Assembly: GCF_009914755.1 (NCBI RefSeq)
Contig: NC_060933.1
Strand: one strand, 5' to 3'
Source of the DNA: the human T2T-CHM13v2.0 reference genome, Homo sapiens
DNA: 64,000 nt
Shown: positions 1 through 13,559 of the stretch, one piece after another
Layout of the letters: each line of letters opens with the position of its first letter
Numbering within the stretch: the stretch's first letter is position 1
Position numbers and translations under genes: made by a program
Notes under the pieces: generated by a model
Told to the model about the DNA's origin: nothing
What the model saw: the letters and a program-made list of their open reading frames with translations, nothing else
Databases searched by the model: none

Positions 1-990
1 AGGCACATTTCTTTGTTTGGCCAACTCTTCATTCTTAAACATACATTTCTAGCTCCTTTGAAAGTCCTTTCCTGAACGTTTGAGGTTGTTGCCTGCCTTT
101 CCTCTGTAACTATCATTAACACCTTGTGTTTTTATGCTCATTACCATTGAGAAGCCTCTGATTATCTGCACATCCGGGTCCTCTTCTATGAGAAGGGAAA
201 TAGATCATCAGAGGTCACATATCCATTAAGTGGTGGAGCTGAGGTTCAGACCCAAGCCTTTTTGGCTCCAGAGTATGTGTCTTCATAGCCAGTACCCCAG
301 TCTTCTCATTTATTAATTATGTTTTATATCATCTCTGCTTTATCAATTCACCTATCTTTCTGGTTCCTATTTCAGGATCATTTGCTTTTATTTTTATTTC
401 ACCTTTGTTTCTGTATTTTTGTTGTGCACTTTTTTAAATTCTTATATTTAAAAAATATTAATTCCTTAATTCACTTTTTTTTCTGATTTGGCAATTAAAG
501 CTTGTAAGGCAATTCACTTATCTTTCAGTGTAGCTTGGCAACAATTTTAAGTTTTAATATAGAGTTAATTGTGATTAATTTGATGAGTAGTATCCACAGT
601 GAGATATATACATATTTTAATTTAATTCTTGATTATAGTCACAACTCTCTGTTTTCTATCTTTTATTGGCATCATGAGCAGATTTTATATTATTTTGTAT
701 TATTAAAATTCAGTTCAGTTTTATATATATTATGTCATTCTAATGGAAACTTGGTAGGAAGAAGAGTAAAATACCTCAACTCAAATACTGATTTTTTGAA
801 AGCGACAGGACATATCAACATAAGGAGAAGAAACTTTCATGGGAAAAGGGCATGCAAAACTATTCAAAATAAATTGTGTTTAGTATGTTCTAGCTTGCTG
901 TATGAAATTGATAGGAGTATCCATGAAATAAGATTTTTTTGAGGGAAAACATGCAAGTTATTCAAAATAAATTCTGATCACATTCTAGAT

Positions 991-1209
991 CAGTGTTCTG
1001 CAGGTGTTTTCTGCAAAGAGACAAATTGTGAATATTTTCAACTTTGTGAGCCATATGGTCTCTGTAGCAGCTACTCAACTCTGCCCTTGTAGCAGGAAAG
1101 CAGCTATAGAAAATAAGCAAACAAACAGATGTGGCTATGTTCCAATATAACATTATTTACCATAATACAGAAATAAGATTTGACCCGAAGGCATAGTTTA
1201 ATAGCCTTG
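991..1209 (-). mobile_element. MER58A-like hAT-Charlie MITE
   Basis: Reverse complement of the MER58A body (ggtctctgtagcagctactcaactctgcc...gtggctatgttccaat). Perfect 8-bp TSD ttctagat at 983-990 and 1210-1217. Confidence 0.85.
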
Positions 1210-3039
1210 TTCTAGATTATTATATATGCAAGTGACATGAATATTAACAAAGGAAAGAATATTTGAGGGAGGGGAAAGGCACAAAATTATTCCAAATAAG
1301 TGAGTGCTGATTCTGTTCAATTCATTTCCCTTTGAATTGATGGGACTCTAGGACCTTGAATCCACTGATATTGAAAGATTTGCTTCCCACTTAACTCCCT
1401 GACCATGAAAGAATACCAGCAATGTCATTTGCATCTTTAGTGAAGCCTGAAAAATTTATGACATTGCGAAAAAAGTGCATTCCTTAGAAAAAAGTGGGGC
1501 AAACTCAGCTTTGAGCAGAAATAGTACTGACCATTCTGAATGGAAGATAGAACCTAAGAAGGGCAAGTAGGAAATATTGTCTGTATTGAAACTAATAACT
1601 GGATTCACAGACAATAGTTGGTTAGTTAAAGGGAAGAAGATTCAAGGATATGAACCCCTGCCTCTCTTGTTTCTGTATTTCTAACCAAATGTGGCTTCTG
1701 TTTCACCAACTGTCATGGCGAAGTGTCCATTCCCAAGTAAGCAGGTGACTTTAAAATGTTTGGATATTATCTAAGCTATACTGAATTCATATGGACACCA
1801 AGGTGGTCATATGAGGGTAGAGTTCACTGACCCCCATATTTCACATCTTCCATCTATTTTCTTAACAATATATCTTGACACCATTTATGATGATGCAGAG
1901 GTGTAGCCTGATTGAAATGTGGATCCATGCTTGGTTTGAAGTCGCTGTTAGTACACTCTGAGCAAGTGTGATAAATAGGTTTTGTCTTTCCTTAGGTGCC
2001 TCTCCATGTAAATTGATGACTGCTGCCCAGGGGAATGATCTGGGCCTGAAAACACGAAGAGAGATTAGTTTAAGTGTGACAAGGCCATAATCTGTAACAA
2101 GGAATGTCTATCATAGTCACAAAAGAGAACCACAGTGCCAGGAAGACCCTCTCTGCTTGGAAAAGGTCTCCTGCTCTGTGGCTGACAGCTCAGGTCTCCT
2201 TAGCTCAACTCCACTTGTTCCCTCCAAAAAACTCTTTTTTATTCAAATTTGACAAAATAATTACTGTTACCATTTGGCTTTGAATGACTCAATTATGGCT
2301 GCAGTCACTTGGTTTAGTAATTACTAAAATTATGGTTTGGGCTTAAAGCCGGTTTTGTCTTTTCTCTCTTCCCCATGGAAGCAGGGAGAGGCACTTTTAT
2401 AGGGAAATAGATCGTCATTCAGAAGCCAGGTTGTAACAATTCATTTTAAATGACCTCAGTCTATGGGAAGATAAAACTGAACAGCCTGGCTGAGAATAGG
2501 GTTACATTTTTTTCTTGCTCTTTAAGAAACCTGGCACCCTGAAACTGTATGCTTGATTTTCATGGATAATACCAGTCTCTGTGAAGAAGCAAAAATTCTA
2601 TTTTTCCATTTTGCTCTTGCTCTTATGCTAACCATGTTAGAATTTGTTATTCACTGGCTGTTATTTAATCTATGGTGTTTTGGTTTAACTAAAGCAAACA
2701 TTCTGGGTTCTTAACAGGCTCCTAGGTTGGTTTTGGAGAGAACAAACCTTGGGAGGCATGCAGATTTTAGAAATTTTGAGGGCATAGTTTTATGTGGTTT
2801 GGAAGCTTTATCAGAGTTTTATTGATGAGTTTGCTGAGTATATGATAGATAATGTTTTGTCATGTAAAGAACACTCACAAGTTTCAAATTCTTGCTGTCA
2901 TTTTTATTGTATGCAACCTTGGTTACATCACTGTATTTTAATAACATTGGTTTCTTTATCTCTAAATGGGAACTGATCCAAGATATTTCCCTCATGGAGT
3001 GTTTGCAAGACTCTGATGAAGTACCAAAAAAGTTAATTA

Positions 3040-3800
3040 ATTAAATGAAATAAGCAAAAAACAAATGCAATAAATAGAAAACAGTTAAAAATATAACTAT
3101 TAATCCAACTATATCAATAATTGCTTTAAATGTGAAGGGTCTAAAAACACCAATAAAAGACAGAGACTATCAGAGTAGTCTACATTCCACAAGAAACCCA
3201 TTTTAAGTATAAAGATTTAGATTAAAAGTAAAAGGATGGAGAATGATATACCATGCTAACACTAATAAAAAGATAGCTGAAGTAGCTATATTAAATTTAA
3301 ACAATGCAGATTACAGAACAAGAAAAATTATCAGAGATAAACAGGGATATTATATAATGATAAAGGGGTAAATTCTTCAATAAGACATGCATTTAACAAC
3401 AGAGCATCAAACTACGTAAAGTAAAAACACATAGAACTGCAAGGAGAAAAAGAAAAATGCACTATTATAGTTGGAAACTTCAATACCACTCTTCTTTCAG
3501 TAATTGATAGATCAGGCAGGCAGAAAATCAGTAAGGTTATGGCTGACCTAAGCCACACTATCAATCAACTTGATCTAATTGATATTTATAGATGCTTCAT
3601 CCAACAACAGCAGATTGTACATGCTTCTCAAGCTCACATGGAACATTCAACAAGATAAACCATACTCTGACCCATAAAACACACCTTAACAAATTTAAAA
3701 GTATAGAGATCAAAGAATGTATGCAATTGAACTAGAAATCAATAACAATAAGATAACTGGAAAATCCCTAAATATGTGGAAAATGAGAAATCACAAGGAA
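3040..3800 (+). mobile_element. Old L1M fragment (start of ORF2, endonuclease region)
   Basis: ttaaatgtgaagggtctaaaaacaccaataaaagacagaga...ctcaagctcacatggaacattc resembles the L1 ORF2 5' region; degenerate, boundaries approximate. Confidence 0.75.
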
Positions 3801-4019
3801 CATAGAACAGGAACAAAGCATTCACCCAGGAAGTTGCAGTCCCTGTTTTCTTTTGTGTGTTGGTAAAGGGGGTACCTTGGTGAGAGAAGCCATAGTCTGT
3901 TGTTAGACAAAAAGAGGAAAATACCATGTTTGGGTTGAAGTTTCATTACTCTCCCTGAGAATTAAGTTAGTAAGAATTTTCTTGTATTCTTTTGCAGAAA
4001 CTGACTTTGTCCACGAATA

Positions 4020-5073
4020 TAGTTAATCCTTATTATTTGTAGATTCTGTATTTACAAATTTGTCCACATCCCAGAATTTATTTGTAGCCTCCAAATCAAT
4101 GATTGTGACATTTTCATGGTCATCTATGGACATGTGCAGAGTGGCAAAAAATTTGACTCACCAGGGTACATATTCGCAGCTGAAATAGAACAAGGTGACA
4201 TTCTGCCTTCTTGTTTCAGCTCTCATACTGTAAATAAGTGTCCTGTCCATGGTCTATTCATGTAGTGTGACAGGTCCCCCACCAGGCCATTTAAAGGCAT
4301 ATGTCTGCTGTCTTATCCCTGAAGGCTGAACAGTGAGCCACGACCGTGGTGCCCAGCCAAGAAGCAGGTGTTTCTGAGAACCCAGCATCCCAGAGAATAT
4401 CTGAGAACATATCAATCTCCTCACTCAAACACAGCAGGCAAAGAGCCAGAAAATGAGCTTGAAAGCAGTTTAGAGATGGGTGGTGCTACAGATCTCTAGA
4501 GCTGTCCTGCCACCATCCAGGAGTGCCCTGTATGTAAGTCCTGTTAAACTCATCTACTCATCAAGCTGGACTTATCCAACTCACTCTGTGGTCTCTCAGC
4601 AACTTTCAAGTTTGGAGGGAGGAGAGGAAGTTGAGTCCCATGTTTTTCTCATAACAAGTTAGTGCCACGTTTTTTGCATTTTTATGATTTTTTGTTAAAG
4701 ATTTTGCTGTTTCAAATGGCCTCCAAATATAGTTCTGAAATGTTGTCTGTTTTTCCTAAATGCAAGAGAAATCATACATAATGTGCCTTCAGAGAAAACA
4801 CATGTGTTTGATGAAGTTACTTCAGGCATAGGTTATAGTGCTGCTGGCTGTTAGTTCAATATTAATGAATCAACAACATATATAAGACATAATTTCTTCA
4901 AACAGACACAGATAAAACAAGGTATATATTGTTCTATTGAAGAAAATGTTACCAGAGACCCAAGGGAACCCAACCCCATATTTCCCCTAGGAGCAGTGGT
5001 TCAGTAGTTACTTAATTCGGTGTTTGTGATGACATTATAGAACACAATTACCATGAATAATAAGAACCGACTG
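4020..5073 (-). mobile_element. MER82-like TcMar-Tigger element interrupted by an LTR
   Basis: Termini tagttaatccttattattt... and ...aataataagaaccgactg; internal gccttcttgtttcagctctcatactgtaaa and cccctaggagcagtggttcag match MER82. Confidence 0.8.
4261..4656 (+). mobile_element. Solo ERVL LTR (LTR47-like) nested in MER82
   Basis: TG...CA termini (tgtagtgtgacaggtccccc...ctcataaca); it splits the contiguous MER82 sequence ggtctatt|agtgccacg. Confidence 0.65.
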
Positions 5074-5555
5074 AAAGAATAGTTGTTGATGCCTACTACG
5101 TAGCAGACATGGACTTTGTGCTACTTATAGAAAAATTATTAAACAAGTACATATGAGGCCTTCCTACATGCCTGACTTACTCTAAGCAATGGGGACACAG
5201 TGGTATATAAACCAGACTCTACCCTTCTTTCTCACGAAGCTTATATTCTAATAAAGGCAGAGAAAAAAACAGACACATAGTTGGTGGTAAGTGCTAGGAA
5301 GGACCTTCCATATTCTAGTACGTATGAAGTAAATAAAATATGGAGAAGTTAACTAAGTTGCCTACGAAAAACAAATACAAATGAAAGATGTCAAAATTCA
5401 AGCTTAGATTTTCTGGCTTCAAAGCTCATGCTCTTTCAACTATTTTGCACTTGATCATTCCCATGAATTCACGTACCAGAGCTTTGTGGTAGGAGAACTG
5501 CTCAAGCTCCAGTAGGGAAAACGATCTCAAAACACAGTAATTTTATGCTTTAGAA

Positions 5556-5752
5556 TAGTAGTTTTCAACTGGGGGGCAATTCTTTCCTGCCAGGACATTT
5601 GACAATCTCTGAAGATATTTTTTGTTGTCATACTGGGGTAGAGGAAGTACTAATGACATCTAGTGGGTAGATAATAGGGATGGTACTTAACAATCTATTG
5701 TACATAGAAAATAATAATCTGGCCTTAATAGTGCTCAGGTGGGGAAACTCTG
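5556..5752. mobile_element. MER20-like hAT MITE
   Basis: gttttcaactggggggcaatt...ggacatttgacaatctctgaagatattttttgttgtca...catctagtgggtaga...gaaactctg. Confidence 0.75.
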
Positions 5753-6102
5753 CTCTAAAGCCACATGACTTTAAAAAAGCCAGAAGAGCCAGACTTCCAA
5801 GTATCTAGCTAAGGACTCAAGTGGAATAATGAAGAATCTGATCTCTGGCTATCACTGATTAGATTGCTTGTTAAGCATCATCTTGTCATTGTTATCTTAA
5901 GATCTTCCTAAGCCACTGGAAATATCTCACTTTGGATGCCAGTGTATCCCTCTCCCAACAGCCCATTCCCTTCTAAGCTGGTTCATAGTTTGGGGAACTT
6001 AGGAACTGAGGAAGTAAAAATAAGAAAAGGAAAGGAAGAATGTGTTGAAGGGGAAAAAAATGAAGAGACAGACTGAAATATAAGCATCTCAAAGAGAAAC
6101 TT

Positions 6103-6953
6103 GGCCAACAGGTATATGAAAAAATTCTCAACATCACTAATCCTCAAGGAAATGCAAATCAAAACCACAGTGAGATATCATCTTACGCTAGTTAGAGTGG
6201 CTAACAGAGAAAAGGGAACTTTCATATATTATTGGTAGGAATGTAAATTAGTACAGCCATTATGGAAATCACTATGGGGGTTTTACAAAAATCTAAAAAT
6301 GGAACTACCATGTGCTCCAGCAATCCCACTGCTGGGTATCCATCCAAAGAAAAGGAAATCAGTATACAAAAAAAGAGGTTTGCACTCCCAAATTTACTGT
6401 GGCATTACTCACAATAGACAAGATAAGGAATCAACAGACGAATGGATAGAGAAAATGTGGTATATGTACACAAAATGGAATATTACCCAGACATAAAAAG
6501 GAATAAAATCCTGTCATTTACAGCAACATGGATGAAACTAGAGATCATTATGTTAAGTGAAATAATCCATGCACAGAAAGAAAATATCACATGTCCTCAG
6601 TCATATGTGGAAGCTAAAAGAATTGGTTTCATGAAGACAGAGAGTAGAATAATAATTACTAGAGGCTTGGAAGAATGTGGGTGGGGGGTTGGTGAAGAGA
6701 GGTTGGTTAATAGTTACAAACATGCAATTAGAAGGAATAAACTCTAGGATTTGAATAGCAGAGTAGGATAACTATAGTTACAACAATATATTGTATATTT
6801 CAAAATAAGTAGATTCGAAATGTTCCCAACACAAAGAAATAATATTTGAGGTGATGAATATCCCAAATACTCTGATTTGGTCATTACAGATAGTAGGCAT
6901 GTATTAAAATATGACAGGTACCCCATAAGTATTAATTACTATGTATGAATAAA
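6103..6953 (+). mobile_element. 5'-truncated L1MA 3' end
   Basis: L1 ORF2 C-terminus and 3'UTR motifs (PAIPLLGI; gtaccccataa...aataaa). Perfect 12-bp TSD aaagagaaactt at 6091-6102 and 6954-6965. Confidence 0.85.
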
Positions 6954-7180
6954 AAAGAGAAACTTTAATGTCCCTCCCTTATGATTTTCCTTTTGTTTTT
7001 CCCTCTCATTCTCCTTACAGCTCTACCCACTCCTTCTTTCTTCAACAGATATTTACTGAGTATTTTTTACTGTGCTACGCACTGTCTACAGGGGATTATC
7101 TCCTGAGTGCACTTTATTACTAACGAGTATTGTATTTTACAGAGTATTTTTACCACCTATTATCTTGTTTGAACCTTTCT

Positions 7181-7470
<290 letters not shown>

Positions 7471-9914
7471 TGAACCTTTCTACAAGCTTCATTTCACAGA
7501 TAAGTAAGCTGAGGTTCAGGGAGCATATGTGTATGTGCTGGGGGTACTGTTAGAACAAAAACTCACTTCTGTACTCTTCTTTCCTCTGCATACTGCTGAC
7601 ATAGGTATGAAGATATGTGGTTCTATTTTGCCTAAAAGGTACAGAGGTAGCAGAATTGGTATCAATTTTGGGTTAAAAAAAATCACACAAAACACAATTT
7701 TTATAAAAGATGATGTACTGTCTTGGGCATTCTCAATGAAGCACACTAGAAATAATATTAAAATGTCTGTTCTATTGAACTGTTGTTAGATGCCAAGCAC
7801 TAACACAGAGTAGCTCATATAATCCCTCCAAATATCCTGTGAGCTAAACTGGTTTTGTTCTGGATCTGAGAGAGGTTGAATAACCTGGGTAAGCATGACT
7901 AAACTTCAAGGGAGCTTATCAGTCATAAAAGCAACAGGAAAGAAAAATGTTCTATTTTGAGTGACCTTCCAATTGTGTTTTTTGTATTAACTGGTATTTA
8001 GCCATGGATGAGTAAAGGCCCTGAAAAAATAATCAACAAATTTGTATCATTTTGAGTCCAAAATCTTGGTACACAAACAACCAAGATGTTGATTAATCCA
8101 CCTCGCATACATGCTAACAGGTTTATTCATATCTTTCATTTAAATAGAAAGTGACAATTTTCTTATTAAATAATTTAAATCCAAATATTAATAGGACACC
8201 AGCAACTTTTACTTTGGAGAATTCATTCATCAAGAAAAGTGGTATTCCACCAAGCACTGTTGCTCTCTTCTGAATCAGACTACTTGTTAGAACATTGGCT
8301 CTGATTGGTCTACTAAAACAAAGAGTTCTGGCAACCTCTAAGTCATGGATTTGAATCCCATTTTATTCAGGATTGTGTCTTAAACGCACTAGGGACAGTG
8401 CTGCGAAACAAAATATGCCAAGCTTCATGGAAATCTTGGAGGTCTGTCTTTGCCTAGACCATAGCAGAACTTGCCCTGTGTTCTAAATTCTGTCTCTAAG
8501 GCAAACAAAACAGAGGTGATCCACTACAACCAAATTAATCCAGCAAGCTAAGGCTCAGATCACTGTGGATATGTCCAAATCCTCCATGAGGTAAATTTGC
8601 TAAATAATGTAACTTCTGTCATTTTTACTTTCAAGGTGAATGAAGACTTGGTGAAAGCATTACCTCTGGAAAGGATGGCTTGAAACCTCAACGGAAGGGA
8701 TGGAAGTTAGGCAATCAGCTTGGCTATATTTGCTTAAAAGTTAATAATTCACTAAAACTGTTTAACTTGGAGGGATCTAGACACAGGCTATTTTTAATCT
8801 GGCAACCTAGTATTAGCAGGAATTGGATTAGCTATCATAAAAATGAGCTTGAAGGCAGTAGAAATGAAAAGATTGGAAAATTAAAAGTTTTGAGAGTAGG
8901 CTTGCTCTTAATATTTGTGGGGGGTGAGGTAAAAGTACAAATGGAAAACCTCATTATCTGCATCCTGTCCCTTTTATATGTAGCATCATAAGTAGCCTTT
9001 TGCACTCCAGTCTCCATTCACAAATTCCATCCACTCACCTCATGTCCACCTCTCTAGTCTAGGTTTGTGTACGTTGACCATGTGGTCTGCCCTTGAGAAT
9101 GGACCTGGAACGAGGTTAGTGCAAGCCCTAGAAGGACTATTTAGGCAAGAACTTTAGGAGTTCTAGAAAACAGAAGGATCATCTATGGGAAAGAGGGAGT
9201 ACAGATAGCCTAAACTTTTGGTTTCATGAGCTCCTCCCCTCTGTGAAAGGGCACAGATGGAAGAGGTCCTAAGGTAGTTTCAAACTGAGGAGGCCAGGAC
9301 AGAGACCCCAGTTGCTAGGGTCAGAGGGTTGTGTTGTGTGGGGCCATAAGCTAACTGCCTTCACATGTGAGAGGCTCTCATAGTTTCGTGGAAGGGATTA
9401 GTGTGGCTAGGGAGAAGAATGGGAAATTAGAACCAGGACACAGTTTGGGCTAATAATTTGGGGTTATGTAACAAAAGATTTTAGCTAGCAGCAAGGAAAA
9501 ACTTCTTTATCCTTAGACCAAGCTGCAGTGAAACAGAATGAACCATGTCTAAGAATACCTAAAATTGTGAGGAAGAATTGGAACAGAAACCAGGTAACAA
9601 TCTGCCATGGGGTTATATAAGAGATTTCTGCACTAGTTAAATGTGAAGTAGACAAGAGTTTTGTAAACCTAAACTCCATGGTGACCCTAATAATTTAGTG
9701 GAGCTATATTGGAGAACCATGCGTAGGGCGAGGTGGGCAGTCCTGAGGAAGTTGGGAGGTAGAGATAGGACTGAATTATGTTTAATGTGTTGCACAGTAT
9801 GATTTTATTACAAGAGTTCTTTGCCTTCAAAAGTCTTGAAAACTACTATACAATATGATCTCTGAAGTTCTTTCCAACTCTACTATTCCATGAGTTTAAA
9901 AAACTAGAAGTTTT

Positions 9915-10213
9915 CCAGGTGCAGTGGCTCACACTTGTAATCTCAGCACTTTGGGAGGCTAAGGCAGGCAGATCACTTGAGGTCAGGAGTTCGAGACCAG
10001 CCTGGCCAACATACTGAAACCCTGTCTCTACTAAAAATACAAAAATTAGCGGGGCATGGTGGCAGGTGCCTATAACCCCAGCTACTCAGGAGGTGGAGGC
10101 AGGAGAATTGCTTCAACCTGGGAGATGGAGGATGCAGTGAGCCAAGATGGCGCCACTGCACTCCAGCCTGGGTGAAAGAGTGAGACTCTGTCTCAAAAAA
10201 TAAAAATAAAAAT
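9915..10213 (+). mobile_element. AluSx/Sz
   Basis: Dimeric Alu with A-rich tail; flanking aaaaaactaga repeat. Confidence 0.93.
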
Positions 10214-10449
10214 AAAAAAACTAGATTCCATCATGGAAAAATGTCAAAGATAACAAGAAGTCAGACTAAGTGAAAAATATTGACTATTAAAAATGTGAGC
10301 AATTTTTCGTCAAACATGTCAGCCCAAAATGCTCAAAATGTGTAGACTAAGATTTTAAGATGATTTTATGTGATATATGATTTTATTTTTAGCTAGTTTT
10401 TTAATTAGAAAAAAATACATGTGAATGGTTTAAAAAATTACATTGTGAG

Positions 10450-12600
10450 TATAAGTTGGAAACTACTTGTAAGCTTTGTTTTCCTGTCCTTACATCAAAT
10501 TCAACCACCTATAACTATACTGGCATCTTTTGTATAGCTGTCCAGAAATTTTCTTTTTATGCTGTGTATATCTTTCTTGAATTAAAAATTTAATTAAATA
10601 TTAAATAATACAAAAGATGTGTAACATATATAAGTTTTAAATAGTAATAATAAAGTCAATGCATAATACCCACCCCCTTGGCTAAGGAATAGAACACATC
10701 TACCACCTTTGAAGACCTCTGCATGTCTTTTCTTGATGGCATTTATCTCGCTCTCTAACACCTGGTAGGAAACACTATCTTCATTTCAGGGTTTGTCAAT
10801 TCCATTGCTTTCTTTACAAATAGTTTTGCCCCATAAGAATGTCCATTTAAATTTTATATTTATTATTTTAAAATTTACATATGAAATTCTATTTTATTCA
10901 TTATTTGATTTGCTTATTTTATTTTTATATTGAATTTCATTGATGTTTTCCTCTTTAATTCCACTGTCTCTCCTTATTACAAGTTTGAATGTAGCCCATT
11001 TCTTTTAGTGATTATTGTAGACATTTTAATGTACATATTTAACTGTCTAAATTTAATACATATCTTAAGCTTTCTTCATAATAAAACAAAAACTTTAAAA
11101 TGTTTTGAGTTCAATTACTCACCTTCCAACTTTTATTTTTTTAATATTTAGAGCTTTATTTTCATTTTAATCCCACAATATAGACATTTATAATATTGTT
11201 TTATACATGTCTTGCTTAGATTGATCCATATGTTTACCATTTTTGTTTATCATTTTGTATTTCATCTCATCAATTCCTTCTGTAGTCATTTTTGTATAAT
11301 TTTCCTTCTGAACTACATCTTTCACATGTTCTTTTAGAAAGGGTTGGTTGGTCTTTAACTTTTTTTGGGTTTAGTTTCTCACAAATGTCTTTCTCTCAAA
11401 ATTCAAATTTTGACCTAATCCATGAAAGGCACTTTCACTGGATATATATTTCTAGGATGACAAGTTTGCTTTAATCAGTACTTTGAAGATATATTCTTTT
11501 TTTGTTTGATTTATATAATTACAACTGGGCAGTCACTTCTTCTTTGGTGTACAACAGTTTTACTTTGATCTATTTTAGAGGGGATTTCTTTTTAGTTATT
11601 ATACTTGGAATTTATCATAATTCTGAAACTGATGATTTACATATTTTACATATTCCAGAAAGTTGTTAAATAGATCTGTTTGAATATCACTTTTCCTTCA
11701 TTTTCTCTATTATTTCCTAAACATTTTAAACAGTCTCACTTAAAAGTTGTCTTTATCTTCCAAATTTCCATTTCTTTTTCTCTCTGTGATGCATTCTATG
11801 CATTCTTTCAGATCTCCATCTTAATGCACTGGTAACTCCCTTCATCTATGTCTATTTTGTGTTTATTTCATCCATTCATTTTAAAATTTCGATACTTATA
11901 TTTTTATTTCTTGAAATCCTATCTGGTTATGTTTCAAATCCCTTTTGTCATGTTTTATACACTCTGTTTTGATAACACTTTTAAAACACCTTTATTTGTT
12001 TGAACATATTCAGTGTATCATTTTGCAATTCTTTTAGGTGCCAAATTTGCTCTCTGTTATTTCTGTGGACTTATGCATATGATGACCGATTTTCTTTTGT
12101 TGGTGGTGATTTTTGATTGTGAACTAATTTATGGGAAATGTGTCATGAGACCTGGGTTTAAGCTGCATTCCTCCAGAGAAAATTTGGGTTTGCCTATACC
12201 AGTTGCCTGGGATCAGTATGGAACTCAAAATAAATTATCCTCTTGAGATTTTTAAGAAAACTGATTGTTTAAATTTAGTCTGCAAACACACTTACTTGTT
12301 TCTAGTTATAGCTCTTCTAAGATTTCTTGTTGACTCTTTTGTGGGGTATTGCTTTTTTTTCAAATTCGCCTTTTGGTGAGGCTGTAAACATTTGGATACA
12401 CAAACTTACAGAGGGGTTTCCTATTAAATATTTAACCTTCAGCAGAGTCCATTCTTTGTCTCTGATCATCTACAACTATCAGTTCTATCAGAATTAAAGC
12501 TCAAGAACACCAGATATGGGTAACTAGCGGTATTAGAACTCACTTCCTTTTCTGGATTCCTATTTATCTCTGGTTCTTTAATGTCTGGCAATTTTGCTTA
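10450..12600 (-). mobile_element. Highly decayed L1M/L1ME-type relics
   Basis: T-rich composition with degenerate antisense L1 tracts; boundaries approximate. Confidence 0.5.
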
Positions 12601-12839
12601 TTTCCTCTCAACTTAGCATACACATACATGCACGCACACACACACACTTTCACACACACAGTCACATATATGTGTGTGTATATATACATAATTATTATAG
12701 CTAGCATTATTTTGTTATTCCTAATAGAAAAGTTTTTCAGGTTTCGAGTTCACAATACTAACAGAAATTAATGCTTACTGTTTAAGAGTTTATAACAGTC
12801 TTTCATACTTCTATATAAACTTTTTCATTTAAAAATGTA

Positions 12840-12983
12840 ATAACATTAGGAGATATACCTAATGCTAAATGATGAGTTAATGGGTGCAGCACACCAACAT
12901 GGCACATGTATACATATGTAACAAACCTGCACATTGTGCACATGTACCCTAAAACTTAAAGTATAATTTAAAAAAAAGAAAGA
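12840..12983 (+). mobile_element. Short L1PA4-like 3' fragment
   Basis: ataacattaggagatatacctaatgctaaatga...accaacatgg...gtaccctaaaacttaaagtataat plus A tail; TSD about aaaaatgta. Confidence 0.9.
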
Positions 12984-13154
12984 AAAAATGTATTCAGCAA
13001 TCTTCTTATATTAACATGTACTTTGCTTCATGTTTTGAATGGATGCATAATATTAAATACTATGAATGAAATATCATTTATTTAACAAGTCCCCTACTGA
13101 TGGATATTTAAGTTGTTTTCAGTTTCTTGTTATTACAAAAACAAAGTCAACATA

Positions 13155-13190
<36 letters not shown>

Positions 13191-13559
13191 TATATATGTT
13201 ACATATATATGGTTCCAACAGCTAGATTAAATTTATAGAATTAGAATTGCTAAGTCAAATAATATAGTACTTAAATTTTGATGTTTATTTCTAATTTGCT
13301 TTTCAGTGTTTAAAACAACTAATTTAAGAGAGAAAAAGAAAATCTATGCCTGTATCCCCATTGCCTTATCTACATTGGGTTTTATGAGCACATTATTATT
13401 AATTTGAGGAATAGTTTGTTTCTTAACTTTATTCTAGCATTTATTCCATGGAGATAAAATGTATTATGAAAACATGAATGGAGTGCTTTTAAAAGACATT
13501 TTTCATGGCAAGTGAGGAATTGATTTGAGCCAATTTTTCTCGTATTCAACTGTGAAATA

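Noticed and set aside
535-942. 135-aa ORF
   Set aside because: Non-ATG start, AT-rich low-complexity composition, no recognisable homology.
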